Shown: one piece after another, positions 40,975-51,349 of the stretch
How positions within the stretch are numbered: position 1 is the stretch's first letter
Layout of the letters: every line of letters begins with the position of its first letter
Assembly (NCBI GenBank): GCA_965197285.1
Contig: OZ240092.1
Span: 4,869,303-4,933,302, forward strand
Reading direction: 5' to 3'
DNA length: 64,000 nucleotides
From: Acidobacteriota bacterium
GTDB lineage: Bacteria; Acidobacteriota; UBA6911; RPQK01; CBDAPI01
Program-made: the position numbers and the translations under genes
Notes under the pieces: model-generated
The model's input: the letters and a program-made list of their open reading frames with translations, nothing else
Database searches by the model: none
What the model was told of the DNA's origin: nothing

Positions 40975-41470
40975 CCTGATCCCGGCGCTGAATTTTGGCC
41001 AGCAGACGCTTTTCGACACTACCCGGCACGAGACCGCTCACGTCACCTCCCAGCCGACAGACTTCCTTGACCAGACTGGAGCTCAAGTATGAGTACTCCA
41101 GTGCCGGCACCATGAAGACGGTCTCGAGATCCGATTTCAAACGACGGTTCATCAGGGCCATTTGAAACTCGTAGTCGTAGTCGGTCACGGCCCGGATCCC
41201 GCGGACGACAACCTTGGCACTGCGGGCGGTCGCAAAGTCGACGAGCAGACCATCGAAAGCCTCGACCGCAATATTCTGGCACGCGGCCGTGACCTCCCCG
41301 ATCATTTCCATCCGTTCCTCAGGGCTGAACAGAGGCCTCTTGCCGGCATTCGACAAAACGGAGACGATCACCCGGTCAAAGAGCCTGGCGGCGCGCTGAA
41401 TGATGTCCACGTGGCCATTTGTGAGGGGGTCGAAGGAACCGGGATAGAGAGCAACCACCGAATCGGCCAT
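40964..41470 (-). CDS. coaD: Phosphopantetheine adenylyltransferase
   Basis: YPGSFDPLTNGH, RGIRAVTDYDYE, LSSSLVKE. Confidence 0.97.
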   Translation of the reverse strand: MADSVVALYPGSFDPLTNGHVDIIQRAARLFDRVIVSVLSNAGKRPLFSPEERMEMIGEVTAACQNIAVEAFDGLLVDFATARSAKVVVRGIRAVTDYDYEFQMALMNRRLKSDLETVFMVPALEYSYLSSSLVKEVCRLGGDVSGLVPGSVEKRLLAKIQRRDQDVD

Positions 41471-41547
41471 GAGAGTCTCCGGCACCCGAGTATCTTAGAA
41501 ACAAGCGCAGTGCCGTTCAAGTGGCAATCTCCCGTTTAGGAGCGACC

Positions 41548-43164
41548 CTAGCGGGCGATCAGCATCGTCAGCCGATGCGGCTCGGTGGTGGACGGGTGAT
41601 GCATGAGGATGTCGTGCCTGCCGTCGTTGTCAAGGTCCACCAACCACGTGTATTCCTGGTTGGGCATAGCGACCGCCACCTTTTGAGGCCGTCGGGCGAA
41701 GAGCCCCGGCCCCGGCACGCCGAGAAAGACACGCAGTTCTTTCCGGCTCCTCCCCGTCAGCAGGTCCGAGCGTCCGTCGCCGTTCACATCCCCGATCAGC
41801 ACTGACGGCAAGCGCGCGGCTCTTTCCCCTGACTTGCCCAGAGAGTCGGTCTTGATTTTACGGGTGGCGTTGGGTTTGTCGGGGTAGATTCCGTCTTTCA
41901 TGCGATAGAGCTCGAGATTCAGCGACACGGAACGGGTCAGAAGCGCGCGGCCAATCATGCCGATCGTCTTGAAGACCCCGATCTTGATGGTTGTGAACAT
42001 CATCTCGACCTCGCCGTCGCCGTCGAAGTCGTGGGGCGTTATTTCCCGCGGGACGCCGCCCGACCGGATCGCGGTGCCGACGTCCGACTCGAACACAGTG
42101 CCGCCATCGGGTGTTGGCGTGCCGAAATGCACCTCATAGGTGGAGTGAGCGCTCCACATGCTCCTGATCTCCAGCGAGAACACCACGAGGTCGGCGACGC
42201 CGTCGCCGTTCATGTCGGTCAGCGAGTGCAGCACGCTCCCCGTCATGTCTCCGGTCGGCATATGATCCTTACGCCGGGTGCGCATCCCGTGTGGAGCGGC
42301 GAGGAAAGTTAGATCGTCCGAGTCGAACGCTACATCGGTGGTGAAGGTCGTGCTCTCCGGGGCAAACAGCCCGCGCCGGTCCTGGAGATGAACTTCGAAA
42401 TGGTCCTCGTTCCAGAACACCAGATCGCTCCGACCATCCCGGTTGTAATCCATCTCGTGGACACGGCCCAGATCCCAGGGGTCGTGTCGATATCCGTCGG
42501 CTGCGTAGATCCAACTCATGTCGGCGCCGGGGCCGATCTTCACTGGATCCGCGAACGCGGCGGCGCTCATCTGGATGAACACCCAGAAGCCGTCGCCGTC
42601 CGGCACCACCAGGTCGTCGCGGCCGTCGTCGTTGACGTCTCGAGAGAGTTTTACATGGGGGATTTCTTCTCTGCGAGGCGGGGTGAACCTGGACGTTACC
42701 GCCACCAGGGACCGTTCCGTCGCCGATTCAGGATCGAACCAGTTCAGGCGGCCGGGCTCGCAGGTGACCAACCGATCGCGTCCGCCGACCCTGGCCACGT
42801 CGACGAACAACACGTCCGGACGCAGCACCGCGTCGAGGCTCGGCACCCAGTTGCCGTCCTCGAACGCGTAGATGCGCAAGTGGCGGCCCTTGTTCTCGTC
42901 GACGTTCACCACGGCAAGCTCGGCGATAGCGCCACCCAGAAGAAATCCCACCAAAACGGTCTGGCGCTGCGCGGAGCCGGTGACGACCTCGTACTGCTCG
43001 AAGAGGTCGTCAGTGGGTTGCGCGGCCGCAGGCCACATGCATCCCGAGAGGAATACTCCAAAAAACAGTATGGAGTATAGGCTTCGTCGAGAATGCCTCG
43101 TGCGGTCGGTTGCCGAGCTTGGTCTTGCTGCCAGAGTCATCGCTGTTCTCCCTTCGTTCGTCAA
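41548..43164 (-). CDS. FG-GAP/VCBS repeat secreted protein
   Basis: Repeated D-x-N/D-x-D-G-x-x-D-L Ca-binding motifs (DVNDDGRDDL, DYNRDGRSDL, DMNGDGVADL, DVNGDGRSDL, DLDNDGRHDI). Confidence 0.85.
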   Translation of the reverse strand: MTNEGRTAMTLAARPSSATDRTRHSRRSLYSILFFGVFLSGCMWPAAAQPTDDLFEQYEVVTGSAQRQTVLVGFLLGGAIAELAVVNVDENKGRHLRIYAFEDGNWVPSLDAVLRPDVLFVDVARVGGRDRLVTCEPGRLNWFDPESATERSLVAVTSRFTPPRREEIPHVKLSRDVNDDGRDDLVVPDGDGFWVFIQMSAAAFADPVKIGPGADMSWIYAADGYRHDPWDLGRVHEMDYNRDGRSDLVFWNEDHFEVHLQDRRGLFAPESTTFTTDVAFDSDDLTFLAAPHGMRTRRKDHMPTGDMTGSVLHSLTDMNGDGVADLVVFSLEIRSMWSAHSTYEVHFGTPTPDGGTVFESDVGTAIRSGGVPREITPHDFDGDGEVEMMFTTIKIGVFKTIGMIGRALLTRSVSLNLELYRMKDGIYPDKPNATRKIKTDSLGKSGERAARLPSVLIGDVNGDGRSDLLTGRSRKELRVFLGVPGPGLFARRPQKVAVAMPNQEYTWLVDLDNDGRHDILMHHPSTTEPHRLTMLIAR

Positions 43165-43924
43165 TCATGCTTTGCCTCCAGGTTCAGGAGCTCTCTGTGG
43201 GCCCTCGCCGGCAGCCGGATGGCGTTCTGACCGTGAGTGTGTCGGCCACGTGTGATGCTGGCTCTCGCATGGCGCCTTCTTCCAGCTTCCGAGATGGCGG
43301 CGGATTGCCTCCACTAGTCCGTTCAGAAGAAAGCGGCGGGAAAGGTTACAGGTACGGGATATCCGTTACCTGGGCGCCGAGAGGGGAACTCCGTTCGTCA
43401 GGTGGCGACCAAAGTCTAGCCCGCCATCCTTCTCACGAAGCTGTTGATCATGATAGGGCTGACAAAGAAAACTGCTCTAAAAGTGATTATCAGAGCGTAT
43501 GAGGCGGAGAAGCGACCGGGCATGTCGTCATACCATCGCCTGCCAGTTCAGCAGAAAAGCGAGTATATCAAGCAGGATCCAACAAAGAGCCGAAAGCGGG
43601 GCAGCGCGTATGCTTACCCTGAGCACATAGCCAAGATACAGAGCGAACCACCACCCAGACAGCAATCCGTATGCTACTCGTGCACCGCCGGCCCCCAGGA
43701 AGGAGCGAAAACAAAGGTATGCAAAGGTCCATGCTCCTATGTGAACCAGACTCCCGTAAAACCCGTCTTTAATCCACGTCCTGGACTTACTAACGGACTA
43801 TAGCCGTCTCCCGATCCATGCATGGTCCCAGGGAAAGGACACGTCCGCCTTCTTGACAACGCCGCCTAAATGAGTGTCCCCCTCTTGACGTCTCTTTTTT
43901 TCCAGTTGTGATGGGATGAGGCTA

Positions 43925-44128
43925 TTAAGAAGCCAGGGAATTGATCAGGCTATTGCAGAAGGCAACCAGAAGAACAAACGTGATGAGGCCGGCCAGAAAC
44001 ATGACGATGACGACCAGAGTCTTCTCGAAGGTTGATTCTCTCCATCGGGTTAGCCTTGCTCCGAGGTTGCCGAAGAAGATGATCACGACAATGGCAATCA
44101 TCATAGACGTCAGGTCGATATTGATCAT
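43925..44128 (-). CDS. Small two-TM membrane protein (67 aa)
   Basis: MINIDLTSMMIAIVVIIFFG...TLVVIVMFLAGLITFVLLVAF, inside the longer 153-aa ORF. Confidence 0.5.
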   Translation of the reverse strand: MINIDLTSMMIAIVVIIFFGNLGARLTRWRESTFEKTLVVIVMFLAGLITFVLLVAFCNSLINSLAS

Positions 44129-44162
44129 TGTGTCGATCTCGGTATTGGCAGCCAGGTGGCGC

Positions 44163-44545
44163 TTAGACAGAACTCTCCGGTTTTCCGGTAGCAGCAAGCG
44201 CTGCCTTGTATCGCACCTCCATCGTCTCACAGATGGAAGGGTGGAGTTTGTTCCAGGTCCTCTTGAGCTTGTTGCGAACGCATTCGCGGCCGCTGTCAAT
44301 GTCCATATCCAGGCGCACATAGACAAGATAGAACAAGGCGGGAAGGTGATGCAGGTGAGCCATTTGCATCCGCGTTGGCAAGGCACTCGGCTTCAGGTGT
44401 GCGTCGTTCGGCCGGTGCGCTTCCTCGATGCGACTCGATGCAGTGACAAACAGCCTCAATTCGTTCCCCGGGATAGCTAAACCCGGTCAGGACTTTCCTT
44501 GCCTGTACGGCGCCGTGTACGTGGTGGTCCTTAGCCAGCGATGGT
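44163..44545 (-). pseudogene. HD-domain phosphohydrolase, 5'-truncated and frameshifted
   Basis: DHHVHGAVQARKVL...HCIESHRGS...EAECLANADA, then after one extra A at 44363-44365 MAHLHHLPALF...KLKRTWNKL; N-terminal HD motif absent. Confidence 0.65.
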
Positions 44546-44617
44546 CGCAAAGTGACGAGAAAGGGACAGATCACTTCTTTGGTTGGAAGAAGGGGGGCAG
44601 TCCTTTGAGTTCTCTGT

Positions 44618-45055
44618 TCACCCGCCAGGAGGTGCCAGCCAGTTGAAGGGGTACAGAGGGATATTACGGAGGACGAAGAAAGACGTGATGATCACGAGCA
44701 GACAGTAGCCGGGCCAGGACTTGCCGGCACTGGACGAGGGCCTCAGTAGGAGCCAACTGTACGTGTCTCTCGTGCCGATTGCGAAGAGGTATGGCAGCAC
44801 AACAATGGCGAGCAGGTTATGACGGGCTGCGGTCAACAGGTCGCCGTGGCTCAGATGATGGAGAGCTCGGGTTGCGCCGCAACCCGGGCAATGCAGTCCC
44901 AGACAGTAATAGAAAGCGCAAACCGGAAACCGATGCCGCGAAGGGTCAAACTGATAAATCAGCCACAGACCCAGAAAGAGTAGACTGAGTCCAAGACCAG
45001 CAGCGACAAGACGTTGGAAGGACAAATTCGCCGGTAGGGGGGAGTTGAAGTTCAC
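44618..45055 (-). CDS. DUF2752-like membrane protein
   Basis: PVCAFYYCLGLHCPGCGATRALHHL...N, C-terminal FFVLRNIP; GTGA overlap with the upstream gene. Confidence 0.82.
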   Translation of the reverse strand: MNFNSPLPANLSFQRLVAAGLGLSLLFLGLWLIYQFDPSRHRFPVCAFYYCLGLHCPGCGATRALHHLSHGDLLTAARHNLLAIVVLPYLFAIGTRDTYSWLLLRPSSSAGKSWPGYCLLVIITSFFVLRNIPLYPFNWLAPPGG

Positions 45056-45405
45056 AGATTGCCTTGAAGCCCAATCAAGAGAAACAGGACTTGAATGATG
45101 AAGCCGAAGATTGCGGAGAGCCAAATCCAGGTCAATGCAGATTTTGAATCGGATCGAGCTCCCGCCAAATCCCCGGCCTGGATTTTGGGATTCACCCGAG
45201 CCGCGTACACGATCGCGACGATACCAAAGGGCAAGCAGCAGCACAGCGTAACCACAATCGCCTGGATCAGGTAATTGGCGGGCTCCGCCCCATCAGGTGT
45301 TGCTACCGGGTCCGTTCTCAAACCACCCGCGGGGGCAGTCTGGCCACAGCTCGCACAGATACGGGATCCAGTCGGAACTTCCTCTCCGCAAAATGGACAG
45401 AACAT
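45052..45405 (-). CDS. Zinc-ribbon plus CD225/dispanin family membrane protein
   Basis: MFCPFCG...CASCG; NYLIQAIVVTLCCCLPFGIVAIVYAARV...GDLAGARSDSKSA. Confidence 0.87.
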   Translation of the reverse strand: MFCPFCGEEVPTGSRICASCGQTAPAGGLRTDPVATPDGAEPANYLIQAIVVTLCCCLPFGIVAIVYAARVNPKIQAGDLAGARSDSKSALTWIWLSAIFGFIIQVLFLLIGLQGNL

Positions 45406-45589
45406 AAGCTGTCGTCTCGTGCCGCGGGTCAATATGAACGGCCGCGAAAGTCCACGCAAGTATATGCGTCGGGCACGGCGGTGAAGGGCAATGCTTCGTC
45501 GCTCGCGGATTGATTCCGCTAACGTAAAGGTGCCCAGAGTGGGGAGCGAGGGATTCAGTAAAATTGACCCGCCCCAAGCGTCTCCGGTC

Positions 45590-45619
45590 TTGACTTGGGC
45601 GGCGAGGCGGTCATATAGT
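45590..45619 (+). promoter_or_regulatory. Putative sigma70 promoter of the ECF sigma operon
   Basis: TTGACT-18 nt-TATAGT. Confidence 0.45.
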
Positions 45620-45656
45620 GGTCAGCGGCCTTCCACTTCCCCTGGTTTCCCCATCC

Positions 45657-46238
45657 GTGGCCGCTTTTACTACTTGCTGGAGAGAGTCTGGCGGACCTAC
45701 CAGTACGTGTTTCGGGCGATAGCCTCGAGCATTCTGGTGGACAAGTCCCTGGTCGACGATGCGCTCCAGGGAGGCCTTCGCAAAGGTCCTGCGCGCCGAA
45801 AAGACTTTTGCCTCAGACGTACAGGCGTTCCGCTTCGTTCGCAAGGCCGTCCACAACGCCTCGTTGGACCAGCTTCGCCGCCTGACGCGCCGGAACCGGC
45901 GTTTTCCTTCCTATGATGATCCTCAGGTGGGCGAGGACTCGCGGCCGGTCGATCCCGAGAGCCCCCTCCTCTTGCTGGTGCGGGAGGAAGAGAATCGGCA
46001 CCACAGAGATTTACTGCGCGAACTGAAATTGGGGCTGGGACAGCTGAACCGGGACCAGCGCCAGGCGATTGGGCTCATGTTCGGACGCAATGGTCGTCCC
46101 ATCAAGAAAACCTGCGCGCGGCTGGGAGTCCCCTATTCGACCGTACGCAGTCGAATGCTCGCCGGAATCGACGCTCTGCGCCGGCATCTGGCCGCCCGGG
46201 GAATACTGGAGACAGGGGACGAAGGGGGCGATCCATGA
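45657..46238 (+). pseudogene. ECF sigma factor with a +1 frameshift at 45769-45771 (start uncertain)
   Basis: VDDALQ / EAFAKV region 2 split by an extra G; AVHNASLDQLRR; region 4 LGVPYSTVRSRM. Confidence 0.8.
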
Positions 46239-46900
46239 ACTGCGAGGGGTATCCATTGTTTCGTTTCTCGCGCGGCGAGCTGAACCCGGCAGGCGCGCGT
46301 CGGACGGCTGAGCACGTGGCCGAGTGCGACACCTGCTCTCAGCGTCTGCAGGTCATGGTGGCTCTCCAGGAGTACCATCTCGAGAACGGGCTGCGCCGGC
46401 GCCGGCGCCGGCGCTGGTGGCTGGTGGCGGCGGCTGTGCTTGCTCTGGCGGTGGTGACGGTATTCGTGCAGCAGAGCCTGCGTCAGGACGGGCCCCCGAA
46501 GCCTTCCGTGATTGCTGTCAAGATCCCCTATCCCCTGGTTCTCCTGAACAACCGTTCGGATGCGGAAACAGATCGACGATCCGCCTACCAGGCGTATCTG
46601 GCTGGGGATTACTCCCGTGCCGAGATCCTGCTTCGCAGGTCGACGCACGAGATGGATCTTCTGTTGCGGGGAGTGAGTCTTTACATGCTCGAGCGCTGGG
46701 AGGAGGCCGTGTCCGTACTGCGGGGGGTGTCACACGAAAGCGCGTGGCGTCAGCCCGCGCTCTGGTATGAGGCCAATGCGTTGATCCGGTTGGGGCAGTG
46801 GGAAGAAGCTCGCAGGATACTCCAGGCCCTGGCGGGAGAAGACGGAGAGTACACGGATCGGGCTACCGCACTCGTCGAGCAACTGGGTGAGGGCCCGTGA
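46235..46900 (+). CDS. Zinc-binding (HxxxCxxC) anti-sigma factor with TM helix and TPR-like extracytoplasmic domain
   Basis: EHVAECDTC, poly-Arg then hydrophobic helix; ATGA overlap with the sigma gene. Confidence 0.82.
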   Translation: MNCEGYPLFRFSRGELNPAGARRTAEHVAECDTCSQRLQVMVALQEYHLENGLRRRRRRRWWLVAAAVLALAVVTVFVQQSLRQDGPPKPSVIAVKIPYPLVLLNNRSDAETDRRSAYQAYLAGDYSRAEILLRRSTHEMDLLLRGVSLYMLERWEEAVSVLRGVSHESAWRQPALWYEANALIRLGQWEEARRILQALAGEDGEYTDRATALVEQLGEGP

Positions 46901-47119
46901 GGGGTCGGCTGCCGTGGCCCTTCCCGCTAGCAGTCCTCTCTGGACTCCTCCTGTCAAGGGTCCTGTTCATTTTTTCGAATTCAGCTGATCTGGGCCCTGG
47001 CGACGAAACTCGGATGCTGGGTTGAAGCCAGGAGTTTCGCTGCAGGTCCAGAATCGCTATCGGATCATCTTCTCCTCCTTGGGTCTCTGGCATGAAAGCA
47101 TCGACTTTTTGCGATTCGG

Positions 47120-47300
47120 TGTGGACTGCAGTCGTATCTCCGGCCTCTTAGTGGAGCTGTGTTCTGGCTCCGGGCCATGATGAATATTCGCGCGTGGGGC
47201 GCCTATCGTGGTGACGGCCATCGAGTGGCCAAGGCTGCTATCGGCGTGTTCCCCGCGCCGGTCTGACCGGTTCGCCATCAGTTCGAATCCTCTCATGCAG
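47120..47300 (-). ncRNA. Predicted IS1111-type seekRNA/bridge RNA
   Basis: Structured region downstream of the transposase containing TAGCAGCC, TCACCACGA and TTCATCATGG segments that match the flanks and the left end. Confidence 0.7.
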
Positions 47301-47335
47301 TTCCCAGGGAAAGATCTTGACAAATCTTTTATCGC

Positions 47336-48361
47336 TTAAGCTCGCTGGGGTTCATAGGCGGCGTCACGGGTGGAAACGGCCCAGAGTAGACGGGCCAGCT
47401 TATTGGCCACAGCCACTGCCGCTTTGTTGTGCCCCCGTCGTTTTTCAATCTCCAAACCCCACCTGTGCAAACGGTCTGGCCGCTGCTTGGACTTGGCCGT
47501 CCACAAGACCGATCGCCCACCGTGGATCAAGAGAGTGCGCAAATAGATGTCCCCTTGCTTGCTGATGCACCCGAGTCGACGCCGCAGACCGCTGGAGTGC
47601 TCCCGCGGTGTCAAGCCCAGATAACTGGCAAAGTGTCGTCCCGAATCAAAGCGCCTCAGATCTCCCACAAAACCGGCCACCGCTGTGGCTGTCAGCAATC
47701 CCACCCCGGGGATCGACTGCAGTTGTTCAATCGCAACACTCTGTCGCGATAGCGCTTTCAGTTTCCTTTCGATCCGATCGATTCGCCCCTCCAGCTCTCT
47801 GACTTCCAGACAGATCTCCTCCAGCACCGATCGGATCCCATTCGGAATCTCCACTTCTGCATCTTCGATCCATCCTCGCACCCGCTCCACGGCCTGGCAG
47901 GCTCCAACGGGAATCGTCAAACCGAATTCCCGTAGAATGCCCCGCATCGTATTGATCCGTGCCGTGCGGGTGCGCATCCATGCCGTCCGCACCCGATGTA
48001 AGGCGGTCAACTGCTGCTGCGATTCATTTTTGATCGGAACCGGTCGAATGGCACTGTTGCGGTGGGCTTCCAACAACCCTTTCACATCACTGCGATCCGT
48101 CTTGTTGCGTAACACGTACGGCCGGACGTAGGCTGGCGGCAGCAGCACAACTTCGTGCCCCAGTTCCCGGAATCGCCGGCCCCAGTAGTGAGCCGAACCG
48201 CAGGCTTCCATCAGAATCGTTGCCCGTTGTTGCTTGGCCATGAACCTCAACAACCGAGTTCGACCCAGGCGATGCGTCTTCTCCATCCGACCAGGCTGCT
48301 CGGAAATCCCAATCTCAAAGACCGACTTTGCCAAATCCACTGCGATTGTTCTATGCTTCAT
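47336..48361 (-). CDS. IS110/IS1111-family transposase
   Basis: AVDLAK, MEAC, NKTDRSD (DEDD); SIPGVG, LGLTPREHSSG, VAVANKLAR. Confidence 0.95.
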   Translation of the reverse strand: MKHRTIAVDLAKSVFEIGISEQPGRMEKTHRLGRTRLLRFMAKQQRATILMEACGSAHYWGRRFRELGHEVVLLPPAYVRPYVLRNKTDRSDVKGLLEAHRNSAIRPVPIKNESQQQLTALHRVRTAWMRTRTARINTMRGILREFGLTIPVGACQAVERVRGWIEDAEVEIPNGIRSVLEEICLEVRELEGRIDRIERKLKALSRQSVAIEQLQSIPGVGLLTATAVAGFVGDLRRFDSGRHFASYLGLTPREHSSGLRRRLGCISKQGDIYLRTLLIHGGRSVLWTAKSKQRPDRLHRWGLEIEKRRGHNKAAVAVANKLARLLWAVSTRDAAYEPQRA

Positions 48362-48501
48362 TTCAGACTCCTCCTGATACAGTTAAAAACTTTGGCTCTG
48401 GCACTTTAGATGCCGTCTAAGCCTAAAGGAGGAGTCCATCTCATCATGGTGAAAGTTGAGGAGAAGCGGTCACATAGCGACATTAGACTGGCCCCGTAGC
48501 A

Positions 48502-48756
48502 ATGGGGAAAAAGAAACGGCGACAGCAAGAAGAGATGTGGGTCGCCACCAGCCAGCTGCCCCGCACTGCCGGCCATCCCTTTTACGCAGCACTGACTCGT
48601 CTTTTGGACGAGGAGGACTTTGACGACTATGTGGAGGGACTGTGCGGGAAGTTCTATGCGGAGAAGCTGGGGCGACCGAGCCTGGCTCCGGGAGTGTACT
48701 TTCGGCTGCTGCTGCTGGTGGGCTATTTCGAAGGGATCGGATCGGAACACGGGTGA
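48502..48756 (+). pseudogene. IS5/IS1182-like transposase N-terminal fragment
   Basis: HPFYAAL...FDDYVEGLC..FY....GRPSLAPGVYFRLLL.GYFEGIGSE, then truncated. Confidence 0.8.
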
Positions 48757-49630
48757 CATCAAGGAATTGACGGGGATGTCTTACCGCCAGCAGCACAATT
48801 GGGATTTCAAGGACGCACTTTCGGCCCGTGAATTCGTGCCGTTTGAGCCCATTCAGCTGTTCGGACACGACCACCTCTTGGGCCGGAGTCCAGAGAACGA
48901 CTTCACCAAGTCCAGACCGTACGTCGGCGGACCCTGTCACCCGACAGGCTACCGTCTTGGCCAGTTGTATCTGCTGTTCCTTTCCCCCTCAGATGCCCGG
49001 TGGTTCCTGAGTGAATACTTCCGGGAGAACGAAGAAGTGAGTGGTTCCGACGCTCGGTGGGTGACGGCGGTACGTCACTACATCCGGATTTCCTCGCTGG
49101 GGGATTATGAACAACAACGTCAGTTACTGGAGGACTTGAGAGAGCAGGCCATCTCCAAAGTGGAAGCTGCGACGCTTGCCTCCTGGTTCTGCCAACATCC
49201 TCTCCCGGAAGCGTTGCCCCTTTACCAGAGGCTTCAGTCTTCTGATCCATCCCGGTCGAACGAGAACGCGATACATGCCCTGGCCTGTCTTGGAGATAAG
49301 TGGCTCGTGGACTGGGCTATCGGAGCACTCGATGATGAGCAAGCCTGGGAAGTACTGTTGAGATCGCCAACCGAAAAGGCCCAGAGCGCGTTTGAGACTG
49401 CCATCGAAGATTTCGATCGGGCCCAGGTGGCGATCGAGTCAGCGGGGCCCTGGCTGGATGATGTTTATCCAGTGCAACTCAGGTCATTGACGCACCGGGC
49501 AGTCGGTGACATACGTCTTCGGCAGCTACTCGCTCCAGGACTCAAGACTCGTTGTCAGGACCTTCAAGTTCAGGTTGCCTGCGAGATGCTGACGGTACTG
49601 GGTGTTGATCCGAGGGAGATGTCGCGCTGA
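48750..49630 (+). pseudogene. Hypothetical helical protein, probably 5'-truncated by the IS remnant
   Basis: Open frame of about 290 codons fused to IS sequence; HEAT-like AIHALACLG segment. Confidence 0.4.
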
Positions 49631-50395
49631 GACTGTTGCTTAAAGGTGATCTAGACTTCTCCGTCACGCTCCGACCTGCGATGAGCAGATCGAGAAACAC
49701 GCCACCAGCCTGTCTCGGGTACTCGGATGCAACCTGGACAGGTTGTATGCGACAAATCAACCGGAGGCAGGGCGGGGCCGTGAGACGCCCGATTAGCTTC
49801 TCATCTCTCTCAAATACTTGTTCCAAGATGGAGTGGTAGTGTTTTTACATTAGGCCACGACTTTCATCGGGGGTGAGTCGTGTCAATAGCTGGGCACTCA
49901 GAGCCCTGGAACGCCTGGATTGCTGCGATTCCGGCTAAATCTCGGTAGATCCGGTTCCAACTGGCAATACTGTGGGTTACCAGACGTGCGGTTCCCTCTG
50001 AACCACCAGGCCCCCACCCGTCAGAAAACGCACCAACCAGCAAGCCTGCAGAGGCAGGAACGACAGTGACTGCGCCGCAGCGAAGGAGTGCCGATAGCGC
50101 AGCAATCCCTTGAGGAGGTATCCACCTTTTGTGCCGCGACCATTCTCTGTTTCGATGGGTCCGGGTCGGATAGGGATCATTCGTTTATGTTGGCGGTTGG
50201 AAGCGTTCCAGGCGGGCTGAGTGACCGAAATCGCCAGGCACCTCGGGGCCTGACTGTGTTTTGCAGTCGAGAAATCGATGAAATCCGGCAGCTTTTCAGC
50301 TACAATCGGGATCCACGGTTCCGAGTGCTGCGACGGGGTGCGCAGAAACAGGGTCACCACAACGTCATACTCTGAGAGGTGAAGATTCTCGATTC

Positions 50396-51349
50396 ATGGC
50401 TAAACAAATACTGACCGACATCCGTCGCTGGTTTGCATCCGGTGTCGACGCGAAGGAAGACTTCAATCAGCCCAGCTTTAAGGAAGTGCCTTACCGGGTT
50501 GACTGGATCCGCAGCGTTCCATTCATCGCCCTTCATGCGATGTGTTTTGGAATCATTTTTGTGGGCTGGAGCCTGGCCGCCGTCGCCGTTGCGATCTCCC
50601 TCTACTTTGCTCGAATGTTTTTTGTCACTGCTTTTTACCACCGTTACTTTTCACACAAGACCTTTAAGACGAGCCGCTTCATGCAGCTCGTCCTGGCTCT
50701 TCTGGGGACATCCTGTACCCAGAAGGGACCCCTCTGGTGGGCAGCCAATCATCGCCTGCATCACAAGTGTTCAGACGGACCGGAAGACCCCCATTCACCC
50801 CACCAGCACGGGTTTTTCTGGAGCCATATTGGCTGGATCACCGACCGGCGCAACTTTCCCACCCGTCTCAGCCTGGTACCTGACCTGGCCCGCTTTCGGG
50901 AGCTGCGGTTTCTGGATCGATTCGACCTGCTGGTTCCGCTCTTGATGGCCTCCAGTTTGTTCCTCTTCGGAGAGTTCCTGAAGTACAATTTCCCCGCCTT
51001 CGGGACAAGCGGCTGGCAGATGCTGATCTGGGGCTTTTTCGTGTCCACGGTACTTCTGTTCCACGGCAGCTGCATGATCAATTCCATTGCCCATCTCATT
51101 GGCAAGAAGCAATACGAAACTGGAGACGAAAGCGGGAATAGCTTTTTCCTTTCGCTTCTGACTCTGGGAGAGGGGTGGCACAACAACCACCACCACTATC
51201 CGGCTACGGCGCGCCAGGGATTCTTCTGGTGGGAAATCGATATCACCTATTACCTGCTCAAGGTCATGAGCTGGCTCGGACTCATCTGGGATCTGCGACC
51301 GGTGCCCGAGCAGGTTCGATCGTCGCGTCTGCCCAAGAGCCGGAAGTAG
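50396..51349 (+). CDS. Acyl-CoA (delta-9) fatty acid desaturase
   Basis: His boxes HRYFSH, HRLHH and GEGWHNNHH; WWEIDITY. Confidence 0.93.
   Translation: MAKQILTDIRRWFASGVDAKEDFNQPSFKEVPYRVDWIRSVPFIALHAMCFGIIFVGWSLAAVAVAISLYFARMFFVTAFYHRYFSHKTFKTSRFMQLVLALLGTSCTQKGPLWWAANHRLHHKCSDGPEDPHSPHQHGFFWSHIGWITDRRNFPTRLSLVPDLARFRELRFLDRFDLLVPLLMASSLFLFGEFLKYNFPAFGTSGWQMLIWGFFVSTVLLFHGSCMINSIAHLIGKKQYETGDESGNSFFLSLLTLGEGWHNNHHHYPATARQGFFWWEIDITYYLLKVMSWLGLIWDLRPVPEQVRSSRLPKSRK

Larger units (their letters stand above)
46937..48446 (-). mobile_element. IS110-family, IS1111-group element
   Basis: Sub-terminal IRs (A/C)TGGACTCCTCC at 48428-48439 and 46940-46951; TTGACA just inside the right IR; long 3' non-coding region. 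Exact ends uncertain by 1-2 nt. Confidence 0.88.

Noticed and set aside
43400-43800. Hydrophobic minus-strand frame (SKSRTWIKDGFYG...LLNWQAMV) and the 119-aa plus-strand ORF
   Set aside because: No clean start, broken frames and no recognisable family; at most a decayed membrane protein gene
43200-45500. Run of small co-oriented genes as an integron cassette array
   Set aside because: No attC-like repeats recognised between the genes and no integron integrase in the window
49640-50390. Small hairpins (GCAACCTG-ga-CAGGTTGT; CACGACT...AGTCGTG) and short ORFs upstream of the desaturase
   Set aside because: Isolated short stems and ORFs without motifs; not enough to call an element, ncRNA or gene
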